Assembly: GCA_010015805.1 (NCBI GenBank)
Contig: ML978129.1
Span: 1,178,001 to 1,242,000, forward strand
DNA: 64,000 bases
Source: Rhizodiscina lignyota
Taxonomy: Eukaryota
Reading direction: 5' to 3'
Below the pieces are notes generated by a model, which was not told where the DNA came from, did no database searches, and saw only the letters and a program-made list of their open reading frames with translations. Numbering within the stretch: the first letter of the stretch is position 1; every line of letters starts with the position of its first letter. This document shows, in pieces, positions 25,649-38,479 of this stretch. A program made the translations under genes and the position numbers.

Positions 25649-27586
25649 ATGAATCCGTTCAGCGGTTACCCTAGCCGTCCCAAATCACCCTACCCTCCGC
25701 CACAATCGCAGCTCAAACCAGATCAGGCCCGGATGGCTGAAAATAGCGATACGGATCCCCGTGGTCCTCTTCATCAGGCTCGACCAAAGCTCACAAAGCG
25801 AATCAGCAGCTTTTCCACCGCCATGAATTATCATCAAGACCAATCTGTATTCTTCAACACCCCGACCGCGACTGAACCATTCGACTATATGCCAAAAGAG
25901 AACATGCACCTCTACGTTGGCCCCACGAACATTATGGCAACTGTGACTACTCTTCATGGAAAGATCATGAGCAAGCTCTGGCAAGGTCTCCCACCAAGTG
26001 ACAATGGATCACTCTGCGAGGTGTTCGAGGCATATCGAGACCTTGTCACGGAGAATGAGAAGCTTCGCGCTGAGCGAGATAGTGAAATCGAAGGTCGTCG
26101 CGCAGCCGAGCAAGCGTTGAATGAGGAAAGAAATATGTGGCTTGAAGAAGAGAAGGACTACAAGGTTGACGTCAAGAGATTGGAAACGATCATTGCTCAC
26201 AGCAACCATGGAATCGAAGGAGTCATTCGTGCTCGCCAACAGAGTGTTGTTCGTCACAAGAAGCGTGGTGAGCTTCCAGAGCCGACACGGTTATCAGAGG
26301 ATGACGGAAGGGAAAACGTGTACGAGTTCCTTACAAGCAGCAAAGCGAAGGACAAGCAAGTGGAGAAGCCAATGGAGAAGCCGGTGGAAAAGCCAACGCC
26401 GCGCAAGACGATGGGTATTGGTATGTCAGTGCACGAGGCTACTGAAAATACTGACGATATTCTCATCGTTTCAGGAGCCTCAGGCCCGGTCCAGCTTACC
26501 AAGAAGCTCCTAAAGAAGAAGTTCTCAACAACAAGCCTCAATGAGATGCAGTCGGTCTCTTTCTCAGATGATGAACAGCCTACTTCGCTCCCAGCGAGCC
26601 CGAAACGTGCAATTGGCGCTCCGTTGAAGGGACACGCGTTGCGACAACGCGCAACTGTTCGAAGCCACGCGAACGATTCCGACGCCGAACTTGAGCTTAA
26701 ACCACCTGCAACGAGCTCGACTGAACCTCGTTCCTCAAGTGATCCGATAGCCGCTCGATCGCGTGGAGGCAACACTCACACGATAGATGTAGGTGCAGGA
26801 CAGCGCGGTACATCGGCTACGTCGGGCATCGACCATGCCATATCCCAATTCAAGAGTTGGATGCCTCGGAAGCACCAAAAGAAGGGGAGCAATGTCGCTG
26901 GTGAGGTAGACAAGAATATTGAGCTGATCCCGCTTGGACAGCAGCCATATCAGAGCCTCGTTGAAGACGGCCCTCAGATGTCCCGCAACGCCGAACGAGA
27001 CCTTCGAAGACCGCTCTCCTTCTACGCTGGTGATGAAGCGAGTTTCCAGCGCCGCATTTCGGCTGGAGGATCCCGTGGGGCCTCGCGTCATCGAAGTCTC
27101 TCTCTGTCAGAAGTCCGATCGCCGCCGAAAGATGACACTCTTGAACTTGTCGACGTCGGTCCGACCACCAGCCCAAGACCTGCGTCAGTTGACACAATCC
27201 GACCTGTGATGCTGACCAAACCTACCGCCGAGAAGCTCGGTGAGTCTCAGCAGAAGCCAGCAAGGGAAGGCTCCCGGTCCAGTGTTTCGACAACGATCCA
27301 TCGACCCAAGAATGAGAGCAAGTCCGCGTCAGCAACCCCTTCATCATCGCAGAGTGAGTCAGGAGACGTGCTTTCCGATAAGACTGGAGGAGTGAAGAGT
27401 CGAGGAGCAAGAACAGAGCCAGCTCGCTCAAATTATGTGGCGCATGGCGGAGAAAATCAGAAGGCAAGCCCGGCAGTTGTGGCGGCAGCAAAGGCCACAG
27501 CTGCATCTACACGTAAGGAGGATGAGAACACGAGCCCAGCGGAGCGGCGCAAGAGAAAGGAGGGCGACAGAAACAAGAAAATGTGA
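25649..27586 (+). CDS. Hypothetical protein with N-terminal coiled coil and a long disordered Ser/Arg-rich tail
   Basis: 645-aa ORF with heptad segment YRDLVTENEKLRAERDSEIEGRRAAEQALNEERNMWLEEEKDYKVDVKRLE. A probable in-frame 54-nt intron lies at 26421-26474. Confidence 0.8.
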   Translation: MNPFSGYPSRPKSPYPPPQSQLKPDQARMAENSDTDPRGPLHQARPKLTKRISSFSTAMNYHQDQSVFFNTPTATEPFDYMPKENMHLYVGPTNIMATVTTLHGKIMSKLWQGLPPSDNGSLCEVFEAYRDLVTENEKLRAERDSEIEGRRAAEQALNEERNMWLEEEKDYKVDVKRLETIIAHSNHGIEGVIRARQQSVVRHKKRGELPEPTRLSEDDGRENVYEFLTSSKAKDKQVEKPMEKPVEKPTPRKTMGIGMSVHEATENTDDILIVSGASGPVQLTKKLLKKKFSTTSLNEMQSVSFSDDEQPTSLPASPKRAIGAPLKGHALRQRATVRSHANDSDAELELKPPATSSTEPRSSSDPIAARSRGGNTHTIDVGAGQRGTSATSGIDHAISQFKSWMPRKHQKKGSNVAGEVDKNIELIPLGQQPYQSLVEDGPQMSRNAERDLRRPLSFYAGDEASFQRRISAGGSRGASRHRSLSLSEVRSPPKDDTLELVDVGPTTSPRPASVDTIRPVMLTKPTAEKLGESQQKPAREGSRSSVSTTIHRPKNESKSASATPSSSQSESGDVLSDKTGGVKSRGARTEPARSNYVAHGGENQKASPAVVAAAKATAASTRKEDENTSPAERRKRKEGDRNKKM

Positions 27587-30500
27587 AAGAAAATAACGCA
27601 GTGTGAGATGGCAAGGATGTGATACATACGGAGGCTCTTACAGAATGGTTAGCAGAGGACTTGATGTGTGATTTCGGGGTGGAGAATGCGCTGAGCTAGT
27701 GACCGACTTCGGTTTGCCTAAATTGCCAGAATGTGTCCGTAGAAGATGAAGAAGAGTATACAGCGAAGATAGACGTCCAATCGAAGTCAGCCATCGAACC
27801 TAAACAACCCCCCTACATGAGTTTACTGAAGTCTCCTTAAGTTGGAGGGCCAGAAAAGGAGACGTCTAATGGACGGTTAATGCATACTTCCCAACCGTTT
27901 GAGCAAAGCTATTAACCAACCCTCCACTGGACACGATCAAAGAGGCAGTTGGTTTCAAGAGATATCCGTTGAGGGCGCGTTGGCTCACATAACTGGTGCG
28001 CATCGGTGATATGCCAATTCTTGAATGCCATCCCGTCCCCCATTTTCTGCATCAGTCTCATCAGTCGCATACAACACGCTCGATCGCGCCTTATCGATTG
28101 GCTCGGGGATGATGCACGTTTGCGGCCTACGAAGACACTGTGAGCCTGTTCGCTGTGAGCATCCCGAAATTCCAGTGTTGAAGAAGGATGCCGTCGTTGA
28201 CGCTCCTTCCCAATGCAGCGATCGGCACGTTGACCTCCTCTCTCTTTTCTCACCCTACCAACGCCATTTGGAAGCTTCCAATCTCTTCACAAAGTCCTGT
28301 CATCTCTATTTTCGTCCGATGCGATCGCGCACCTGCTTCCAGGGCCCCTCGCGATCGTATTTGCCCCTTATTCGTGCGCCTCGAGCGCGCCTACCAACGC
28401 TGCGAGCGCGAAGACCCTTAGGTCCCAAGCAATGGATAGGATAGCTCCGATATCACAAACGCCGCTGTCTCAAGATGCCTCGTGGAATTCTTGAAACCAT
28501 GGCAGATGCTTGCCAAATCGCATGACCTTGGAATTCCTCGCTCATTTCACAGATTTCTTGCGAAGAACTGGGGCTCGCTGGGCCCACAGAGTGCACCGGC
28601 ACTTCCGACAACCCCAATCCCATTTCCAGAAGCCTGGATCGAAGCGCTAGAAATCTTCCATGTGGCAAAGTGGCTTTCCACCCCTACCAAGTCGTCCAAT
28701 TACCGACGCAATCTCTCACGGGGACACGCGGAACAGGCATGATAGCATCATTTCACCAAAACAACAAAATTTCCGGCCGGCATCGCGATGATTTTCTACC
28801 GACAGACTATCGAATATCGCGCGACGCCCTGTATAGGATCTATTGGCATCGCAGAAGGAAACCGCCCGGCTCGCTAAACTTCTTACAGTCAGCCTCAGGC
28901 TAGCGGTTAAATTTTTCTCTTAGAGCACCGTCTTATGGCACATGGATGCGGCATGGGGGCCTAGACCAGGTGCTTCGCAGCGAGCGGAAGTGTCTCCGGA
29001 GTTGATGCCAGTTGGCATGCAACCTAAGCTTCCCCATCTTCGCGCCACAACCCCAAGTGCACCGCCACGACCACGTTTCGCGGCGTCAGCTTCCGTAGTT
29101 GGCGTCGCTGTTTTGGTATCCCCTTCCCGCAGATCACCCTGGCCTGGAGAGGGTGGTATAGTTCAATTTCCATGTCGTTTCTGATCGCAAATCATCAAAC
29201 GCGAGCAAGCGCGAGAGCGAAGAACGATCTCGATCTCACACACGCCCTGGAGGCGAGAATCTAACGTTCCGAGCGCGTCGCAGGCAGGTCATGGAAGTTG
29301 CTATCGCCAGACGAGTGTGGGACCGAGCTGGCTTCCTGCATCAAGGTGATTTCCACTTTCGCTGCGTTGCACGGTTCTGTTTGCAACATCGCAAACTCGA
29401 ATTTGACTCCGGAATGAATGAGCAGCATTACGATTCATGAAGGACGTTGAAGGCGTCAGACTAGGAATCTGCCAACCAAAGACTCCCTCGTGGGCGCCAG
29501 GAAACGAATGCCCGCCATATGGGCCGTCCTTCATTTCGCTTCTAGAATTTCGAGATCATTCGCTGGTAAAAAAAGACAGGCGCACCCTTGCAATTTCGTG
29601 GGATATGGATGGCATGACCCTCGAAGCGCGTGGGTCACACTCACAGGGCAGGGCAGGCCGTTTCATCGCGGTGGTTGCCGCTCACTCTAAGTGCCTCTGG
29701 CGCGTTGGATGCCCCGTACCCTCCGCGCGCATTGCACACAAGACACGCATGGGAAATGAGGTTGTGCGCCGCAATCCGCCCAAAAGGGCATGACGGATAA
29801 TTTCGCGCATTATGTCATGGCTTTGCTGCAGCGTGCGCCAACAACGATACCGTTGCACGAGAAGGTCGACACACACACATGGATGCTGCTGGTGGGGAGG
29901 CCACAGAGCAGCAGACAGTGCCCAGCGTCGACCAACGGGCCGAGCTGTGGAGGGCGCTGCGGCGGTGTGCGCCTGGCAACCCAGGCCCGAAGAGAGAGGC
30001 GAGAGGCAAGTCGCGAACCATTCTGGTCTAGATTGCGTCGCAGAGGTGACGGATAGCAGAATCCGCGAGCGAAAGCAGCAGCGGGGCAGGGAAGTGTCTG
30101 CACCTAGCACGGAGTCGCATAGATCCAAACTCGGATGACGCGGGCAGAGGGCACTGATGACAGGCCGCTTCCAAGGTGAGAAGTTTAGCCACTACGAGCC
30201 ACAGGGCCGTCGCGTGTGCGACGCCATCGATGGCTGGTACCGAGCGGGTTGGCAAGAGTCCAGCACAGCGTTGCGTGGCTCGCCGCTGATCGCTTCCTGT
30301 CTCGATGCAACGGGTTTGCTCCCGAAAGCGATCGACAAGCTCCGCTCGGCGTGCGCGAGGAGCGCTGCATGCATGTGTGGCTGGTGCGCTGCTGTGAGTG
30401 GTGCAATCGCAGCATCGGCTTCACAGCAACGCTACCGGGCCACAGCTCTCTCACGCTGCCACACTCCTTCTCCCTCCTTCTGCTCTCGACCCATCTCTCG

Positions 30501-30700
30501 CATCGCTGCTCTGTACTCTTCGAACGAGCCACGCACGCGCGCCCGGCCCCATCGTCGCTCGCTCTGCCTTACTAGACGCTCGCGCACGGCCTCGTCGCCC
30601 GCCGTTTGGGTCAGTCTGTCACTTGATCCGCGCGCTCTCATTAAAGAGCTAGCCCTGGGCCTGCTCCACGCTGTGGCTTGACCCTCCGTCACCTAATTTC

Positions 30701-30794
30701 ATGTCCACTTCTCACCCTCATCACCTCGATCTCGCTGAAAGACTGCCTCTCCATGCCTCTGGCGCGTCGATGTGCTGCCGATAGACACGTGTAG
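30701..30794 (+). promoter_or_regulatory. Overlapping uORFs immediately upstream of the Grainyhead-like start codon
   Basis: uORF1 30701-30784 (27 aa, in frame with the main ORF, internal ATG at 30770). uORF2 30753-30794 (13 aa) stops 2 nt before the main ATG at 30797. Confidence 0.5.
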
Positions 30795-30796
30795 CG

Positions 30797-33677
30797 ATGT
30801 TCCGCAACCGGTACGTACCATTTCCCACCTTGTAGGCGTAGCCGCTGTGTTTCGCGTGCTCCGACACGCTGTGCGCGTGTGCTCGCGCATTGGAGCGTGG
30901 AGGCGGGCATTGCGACGACGAAGCTGATCTTGACCGAATAGAACAAACTCGCAGAAGCCAAACGATGAGCTCTACGAGACCTTCAGGGCCTCTTTCCCTC
31001 ACGTTGGAACTGCAGGGCGATCGCCCTCCACCACGACTGCTGCGCCTCAGAGTACGACATCTTTAACCGACGCCCTCGACGTAGCCCAGCTCCAAGCTCG
31101 GTATGTGTTTCCGTCTCCAGTAATCTGCCACACCCCAGAGCCTATCTTCCGTTTTAAAACTTACCCTCCTACTTTTTCCTATCTGCTCGTACACACTTTC
31201 TCACATTCGCTCACTGTCATGATTTACAATGTCTGCCACCGTCCTCACAAGCCCCGCACTCACTGACATGTTCTCGTCCATGTATAGCCCCTTTGGCGAG
31301 GGCGACGAGATCAAAGATCTTGACCCGACGCCGCGAGGATCTAATGAGCCATGGAGATTTACTCCTTCTATGCTGGATCCAAACAGCTATGCTTTTCATT
31401 CTTTTGCAAATCAGCCTCCTGGGTACTACACCCCGACGCCGGGGGGCACTAACACGCTCTACCACAACCAAGCTGGCGACCTCCATACGCCCTCAGGATT
31501 CACCATGGGACTCGGCACTCCTCTTTCGTTACCGACTTCTGAAGGCGCCCTTCATGCTGCGCAGCAATCAGGAGCGCCATTGCAAGGCTTTGCTCCATTG
31601 CCGACACACACTTTCCAAAATCCTAATCCGTTCGCAATGCCACCTCATCCCCACCATCCCCAAGAGGCTGGCTTTGCGCCCCACCAATTCCACCACCCAG
31701 AGGCGACATTCAATCCTCTTGAGCATCCTGACCCTCATCAGATTGGCGACGTAGGCCTTGATGTGGAGATGCAGGAACGGTCACCAGGAGTTCCGTATGC
31801 TGGCCAGCCTTTCGAAACCGCATTGCGACCACCGCCGTCTAAGCACCCGATCGAAAAGTATGTTTCCCTTACGGATCTACGAGCTTCTGTCGAATGTTCG
31901 CTAACCTTGCTAGTTTCCGCTTCCATGCAACACTCAATGCTCCGACTGCCATGATCAAGCATGCTGACGAGATTCCCGTCACGTATCTCAACAAAGGCCA
32001 AGCGTACTCCATCTCTGTTGTCGATACTACTCCAGTACCAAATCAGATGGTTCCGCCTCGGTATCGTACATTTGTGCGAATTTCGTTCGAGGATGAACAA
32101 CAACGCCAGCGACCTGCCGCCTGCTGGCAGCTCTGGAAGGAAGGACGGGGGACGAACGAGGCCCATCATCGAGGTGGCAGACTCCAAGCTGTCGAATTCG
32201 TGGATCCTGCACAGGCGGGAGGTGCAGAAATCGCAGGAAGGCCGAGAATAGAACTCGAATCTGCGTCCTTTGACGGATTCTGTGTGACGTGGACTCCTCC
32301 ACCCAACGCACCTGCGGAATGTGCGATTGCTGTGCGATTCAACTTCCTGTCGACCGACTTTAGCCACTCAAAGGGCGTAAAAGGCATTCCTGTACGATTG
32401 TGTGCGAAGACTGAGCAGTTGGTCGCTCAATCACCGACTTCGACGGGAGATCCAAAGCCAGAAATCTGCTATTGCAAAGTCAAACTTTTCCGTGACCACG
32501 GCGCGGAACGAAAGCTGTCGAATGATGTTCAACACGTTAAGAAGACGATCGACAAGCTCAAGCAGCAAATCGCTCAAATTGAATCTGGTATGAAGGACTT
32601 CGGCAAACGGAAGCGGAGTGGTTCGATCTCGAAGCCGAACACCAGCTCTAGGCCCGGTAAAGTGCCAAAACACAAGCGAACTTGGTCAATGTCTTCGGCA
32701 AGCGATACTGGCAACCGTACTGCCCCCGAGGAGGACTTGCACATGAAGCTACAAACGCTCACAGACATGTTCACATCGACAAGACCAGCTAGTGTTTTAT
32801 TTTTACGTGGAGACGAGCTCGACGACCCTGATCTACATCCAGTCCATCTTTCTGGAGAGCCGACAGACTTGACGAGAGTAAACACTGGTGAAAGCTCCGC
32901 TTGGGAGAGACACAGCTCCCTGACCGGTGGTACTTCTTCAATCGTCTCACCCACTCCCAGCAATCAATCGATACAGTCTGGTGGTGAGGAAAGTCGACGT
33001 GGATCGGCTTTCCAACGTCCAGCGCCTTTCCAGCCTCCTTCCAGAGTCTCGTCAAACGAATGGCGAAACATGCCGCAGACAGCAACTGGAGACATTGTCG
33101 CGAGTCAGCCTGCGCAACGTTTCAGTCCCACCGATGCCCCGGTCAGAATCCAGAAGCGAGCTTCGTCAGATCAAGGGCATCTTGCCGGCTGGATTGAGGC
33201 AACTGGAGTGGATCCTTATTATCAGCCACCTCCAGAAAGGGCAGTGAAACCTGGTTTGTTTTACATCCTCCATAATGTTTGTTACCTCACTAACCTTCTT
33301 TAGTCGCATGTTTTTATGTACAGCTCAGCCGAGCAGGCCGGCAACCTGATGACAATTACTACCGAGCAATCTACCTGATGCAACGCACGCTCAAAGATTT
33401 CATAAACGGTATTGCATCAAAAGCCAACATCGAGCCGACACAAGTCATCCGCACACTTCGAATCAACCAGAAAGGCCTCCAAATCCTGGTAGACGAGGAG
33501 TCGGTTCAGGAAATTCCCGAAGGCCAGGATATGATCGCTGAGATTCAGGATCTCCATCCTCAGGAGCCTATGAAAAGGGAATGGGACGCAGGGCCAACAG
33601 ATGTTCAAGTGGACGGCGATATCGGCTTCGTCGAGAGCACAAACACCGAAGGTTACGAACTGCGACTTCACTTTTAG
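30797..33677 (+). CDS. csp-2: Grainyhead/CP2 family transcription factor (Neurospora csp-2/grhl-like), 5 exons
   Basis: 14-nt exon 1 MFRNR, intron 30811-30941, then TNSQKPNDELYETFRASFP. Conserved EPWRFTPSMLDPNS, YYTPTPGG and QAGDLHTP; CP2 domain FRFHATLNAPTAMI..IPVTYLNKGQAY..LSTDFSHSKGVKGIPVRLCAKT..KVKLFRDHGAERK; C-terminal YRAIYLMQRTLKD. Confidence 0.93.
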
Positions 33678-36600
33678 ATTGCTCTATTGGCATTCTTCTT
33701 CTCAACGTTCGTTTGCGATACCCTTCGGCGTAGAATGTTTCAAACCCGCTTTGAGATCGATCACATCGAATGGAGTTCACGACCGTCTACGACACTTAAT
33801 TTATGACGTCCGGCGGAGACTGATACCTGAGTCAAGCCGCCGGACAAATTTCACGCACACATGGGAGTTTCTATTATATTCACACTTTTGAGATACCACA
33901 GGCGCTGCGCCGTTACATTTTCTTTTCTAAGCGATACCCCCGGCGTTCCCAGAGTCTGAGGAATCCTTTTTGTGTTCATAATTCGCTTTGTAATTGTGAC
34001 TTGCTGGTGCGATCTTTGCAGGGCTAGCACCGCAAGAGCAGAGCATCATCACTGTCCATAATACCCGTTGGTTTTCTTATGTTAAGCGTAAACTATTGGT
34101 CTACAAAGTTTCAATAATCTCCCCATAAGGCGGGGAGCTCATACAGTACGACGTACACGATTTTTTCGTACCCCCTTAATCCACGCATGTATCCTATCCA
34201 ATACTTCTACAACTATAACACCCAACCAATTTTCCTATGTTACAGCAGCCGAGCGGCCCGCATCAGGTCATGCGACGCTTCTATGTTCCGGCTTGCGTGT
34301 CTATCACTTCTTCTCTTACAGTCATGTTAGGCCCACTCTCGGTTGTCCCGAGGAGTTTAAGCCAAGCGCTGTACAATATCCTATCAAACCAACGAATCAA
34401 CCTCACGTTGAGGTACATTTTGCACAAAAGTTTTGGGCTCAGCCTACATCATCTCCTGGTATGCGGTTCGGCGGACGTGCTAATCCTAGGCGATTATCTG
34501 GCGAACCGCTGCCCTTGCATAAGGCTATCGACTACCGCAGGCGACTCAAAGCGCATACTTGGCTTTCGCCACCACGACTTCTGACAACGGCATGCTAGGA
34601 AATAAGTGACTCGCATTATCTTGCCACCGGTCTGTCAGAAACGACAAGGCGAGGCCCCGGCTTTGATCGACATGCCCATGGCGGCCCTACGGAAGCGAAG
34701 TTTGGATACGGTTCTTCCAGAAACCGTACCAACGGCCCGTAGCCGCTTGGTGGGACTCGCTTGATTGTAGACACAGCGAATGAGGGCCTGTATGCTCAGC
34801 TTGTCAAGGATCAATTTGTCCTTCGCTTCGTGAGGCATAGCCTCCTGGAAAGAGGGTCTAGAGATTGGCAGACCCGCGCAGGGACCTAGCGTTCACTGGC
34901 GTTCACTTTCCCTTTGGTCTGGGGTCATATGGGACTCATACAACTGTAGCTAGTATGCCGGTAAGATGGGCACGAAGTGAGGCGCAATGCCCATGGCTCA
35001 ACCAGTGGAACAACGAAGAACGCGTGGATGTAACGATGAGCGGGACGGAAAGCTTCGGTATAGCCGGGCAAAAGCATTTTCTGAAAGAACTAGGCCCATC
35101 TACTCGGACAGGCCTCATGGTAGAGCATTTGGAAAAAGTTACTAGATCGCCGTGCCACCTGTCCCCTTTCGAGCGAAGTCAGATGGACGTGCAGACACAG
35201 CCATATGCACTCGCCACACAGGAACCCTGAGATCCGACCCTCGAGCGGGAAGTGTGGCGCCAGAATATAGCCGAGAAGCACGGCGCTCCGAAAATAAGTG
35301 ATCTGCGGTCTTGGTGATGGGATGGAGAGCCTCGGAGTGTGCCTCCGTGAGGGGATAATCGGGGGGACGATCGTGGGGCTTAGTTCGCGGGATGGTCTAG
35401 GCCGGCAATTCGGTATCGTCACAGAATAATGGGCGTGAGATGCCCCAATGGGCAGCTGCCGGAGTGCACCGCGACATAGGTGAGCATTATGATACGGCGA
35501 CGTGGGACTTGCAGGACTTGAGACGTGCTGGGAGAGGGGCATTCAAAGTCTATAGGAAGGATGACGGGCCACGTGGGTGTGCTGTCTGCATTGAGTGTGG
35601 CGACTGTGTTACTATGGAGTAGCTGCATATAGGGAACGGGCCAATCGAACGTCTCAGCAATACAAATCACACGACCTTGGGCTCTGCAATCGTGTCTGAC
35701 GATGTGGCGATCTTCCAGAAGTCCTCGCCCTTGCTGCCGTGCTCCACCCGCACTATTGTGACGCAGGCACTCAGGCACCAACGTTTGGCGGAGCTACTCC
35801 GCGCCTCTCACACCCTTGTAGGATGATGTTGGTGAGGCAAAACAACGCCCGACGAGGTAACTCACCCTGGAATATTCCGACGGACCGAAGAGACTATTGT
35901 ATTGCCGAAGATCCTCTGAATCTGTGGAGTGATTTACCCAAAGCCCCAGCGCTGACAGCGATGTGAACGGACCGAAAGCACGACATCGCAGGCGCTTTTG
36001 GGAAGAGATGATGTCAAACGGCAATCAGGATTTGCAAGGGGACCGGGAGGACCCTAGTTCGCAGGGACGTTGCGGGACACAGAAGGCATCCTGGCTTGCA
36101 CTGCCACAGAAACAGCTGCAGAGAGGGCTGTTTGGGCATTCTGGATCGTCATAGCGTATTCTGAAACGTAGGTTGCAGGCGCGTTAGTGCTGCTGCAGGT
36201 GGAGGGATTCGAGGTGTTTGACGGCGAGCGTTCATTGGGCTGGAGGATCGTGACGGCTCACGGTGCAGATTATTGCTATTGTGGGAAGCGGGCGATGAGG
36301 TCATGTGAGCAGTTGGAGATACATGATATTCGGAGTAGTCGTTTCGATATCAAGATGGCTTTAGCTAAGCAATTGTCGAAACAGTGCAATGCTCGAGCTC
36401 GTGTCAGTGTGGCTTGTGCCTTGCTTGAACGCATTGCTGCGGAACACTCCGAGTGGAAGGTAGCATTCCTCGAACATGATGACATGATGCAGGAAAATCC
36501 TTTATTGCTTCGGTGCTTAGAAGGAAGCGCATTTCCGCTGCACTCTTTGACGAGCCGATGAGCGTACCATCGAATCCACAGGATTATACTACCCACCTCC

Positions 36601-37379
36601 AACTAACGACCGCTCAATTTGGCTGCAGTGTTCTGCATGAGCTGAAGTGACCAAGTTTTCGTCGGCGAGTTTTCGAGACTCAGCCGGAAAGCCACTACGC
36701 TTGACGAGCACCAACAGCTCAAGTGATAGACCCCAAATTCGAATCATGCTAACAGTTAAGTTGAATCCCCCACGGAGCGGGATCATCTCGAGATACGACT
36801 TGAAGTCGAGGCTGCAGAAGCACACTGGTTATGCATCCGAACTAGACGAAGAGAGCGATTGGAGCTGCCAGAGAGCTGAGGCTGTGAAGAATGCTCGCAA
36901 GCCTTGCTTCACCCTCACCGTCTATTCTTTCTTCCTTTGTATGGCATGTGCCCGCTGGCTGCTGATTCCGGCAGCGTCCGCCTTCGCCGTTTAGTGGTTC
37001 AGTATAGTTCCCATGGTCTGTGCTATGAGGGAGCCAAAGGGCATTGGCATGGGTGCTTTCAGGATGTACTGCGAAATCACGATTCGATCTCGCATCTGAT
37101 CTACCGCATCGCTTAAGAGAGGAACCAGGGGTTGCAAATTCCGTTTGAACAGAAATATTTGTACCCGGATGACGAAGGAAATGAGCATAATGTCAAACAT
37201 GACGAAAGTGAAGGAAAGCCAGTAGCAAGAGAGTTCCTTGGCGTGAACTCCATGGCTTACCCAGTTCACGAACAATCCTTCTGCTCAATTGTCTAGTCAA
37301 TGGATCCGAAGATGCACGCTTGAACCAGTTTATGCAAAAGTCATTGCGGCGGATAGAGGAGGTTCCACGCGGATTGGTT

Positions 37380-38479
37380 TCATTCATCCAATTCTCTACC
37401 AAAGTCCACCAAGCGCAGACGTCGAGCATCTTTAGGATGGAACTGAGCGACCTTTGTTCGCACCAGGAAGCGCGCAGCTGCCGAATCACGCTCAAGATTA
37501 ACGTAGACGCCAGTCGGCGATGTCCCAATGAGAGCTCCAATTAGCCTCTCGACCAAGGTATGGACATCATTTCCTGCTACTTGCTTCTCACTCTGAGGAT
37601 GGCCTCCGTGATGGGGATCTGCGGTGGCCCAGATCTCGTCGATTCTCCTCTGCCTGTCACCCGAGTTTGGTTTGGTTGAAGTCTTTCCTTTCGTAAATCC
37701 CGATGCCAACGCCTCCTCATCAATCTCGAGGTCGCTTCCAACGATAGGTCCTCCCAAGTCTTCTGCCGCTACCATGGCGGCTAAGTGCTGCTCAATGAAC
37801 TCCACCAGAGCATCGTGAAGCCTTTGTGTTTCACGTTCAAAGTCAAGCTTCCGTTTCTGCTTTGAGCGCACTAGCTCGTTCGCTATTTGTCGTGCTGGCT
37901 TATTGGATTCGGCAATTTGATGCTCGCGAAGATGATCAATGCGACGCTCCAGGCTGGCCGTGATGAGCCTGTTCTCTTGCAAATCGCCACTCTCGCGGCT
38001 GAGATCACCTTCTGCAGATGCGAGGAGCTGCCGTGTGCTGGTGATTTCATGTATGGTGACTGCAATCGTTTGCTGTACGGTTCGGAGAGCCAAGATAGTA
38101 GGGAGCAACGAATCGGGACTTGGCAAGTCAGGTTCCTTTGGAGTGAGTTGTTCGTAAGCGGCCTTAACAACCCTTAGTTGGTGTAGACGGGCGCTCTTCT
38201 CTGTCGAGGGAACTGTAAATGTCGTTTGTGCAGATGCTCGCAGCTAGAAGATTGTAAGCGTTTCTACCCGGTGAGCATGGCACAGAAGGGCAGTACAGTT
38301 TCTAGGGCAGCTTGCTGCCGCTGGACACGGTCTCTCAGATCCTTGATCGTATTATCAAGACGCTCTTCTAATTCGGAAGTGTCTGACATGTCAAGATCCA
38401 TGACTGTCTCCCGCGTTGCTCTGATATCAGCCGCATAATTCTGGATGTTCTGCATAACTTCGCTGCTGTTCTCCGCCAT
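37380..38479 (-). CDS. Centromere protein CENP-K/Sim4-like, 2 exons
   Basis: Coiled-coil protein ending in YVNLERDSAAARFLVRTKVAQFHPKDARRLRLVDFG, the characteristic CENP-K C-terminus. Intron at ~38245-38296. Confidence 0.8.
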
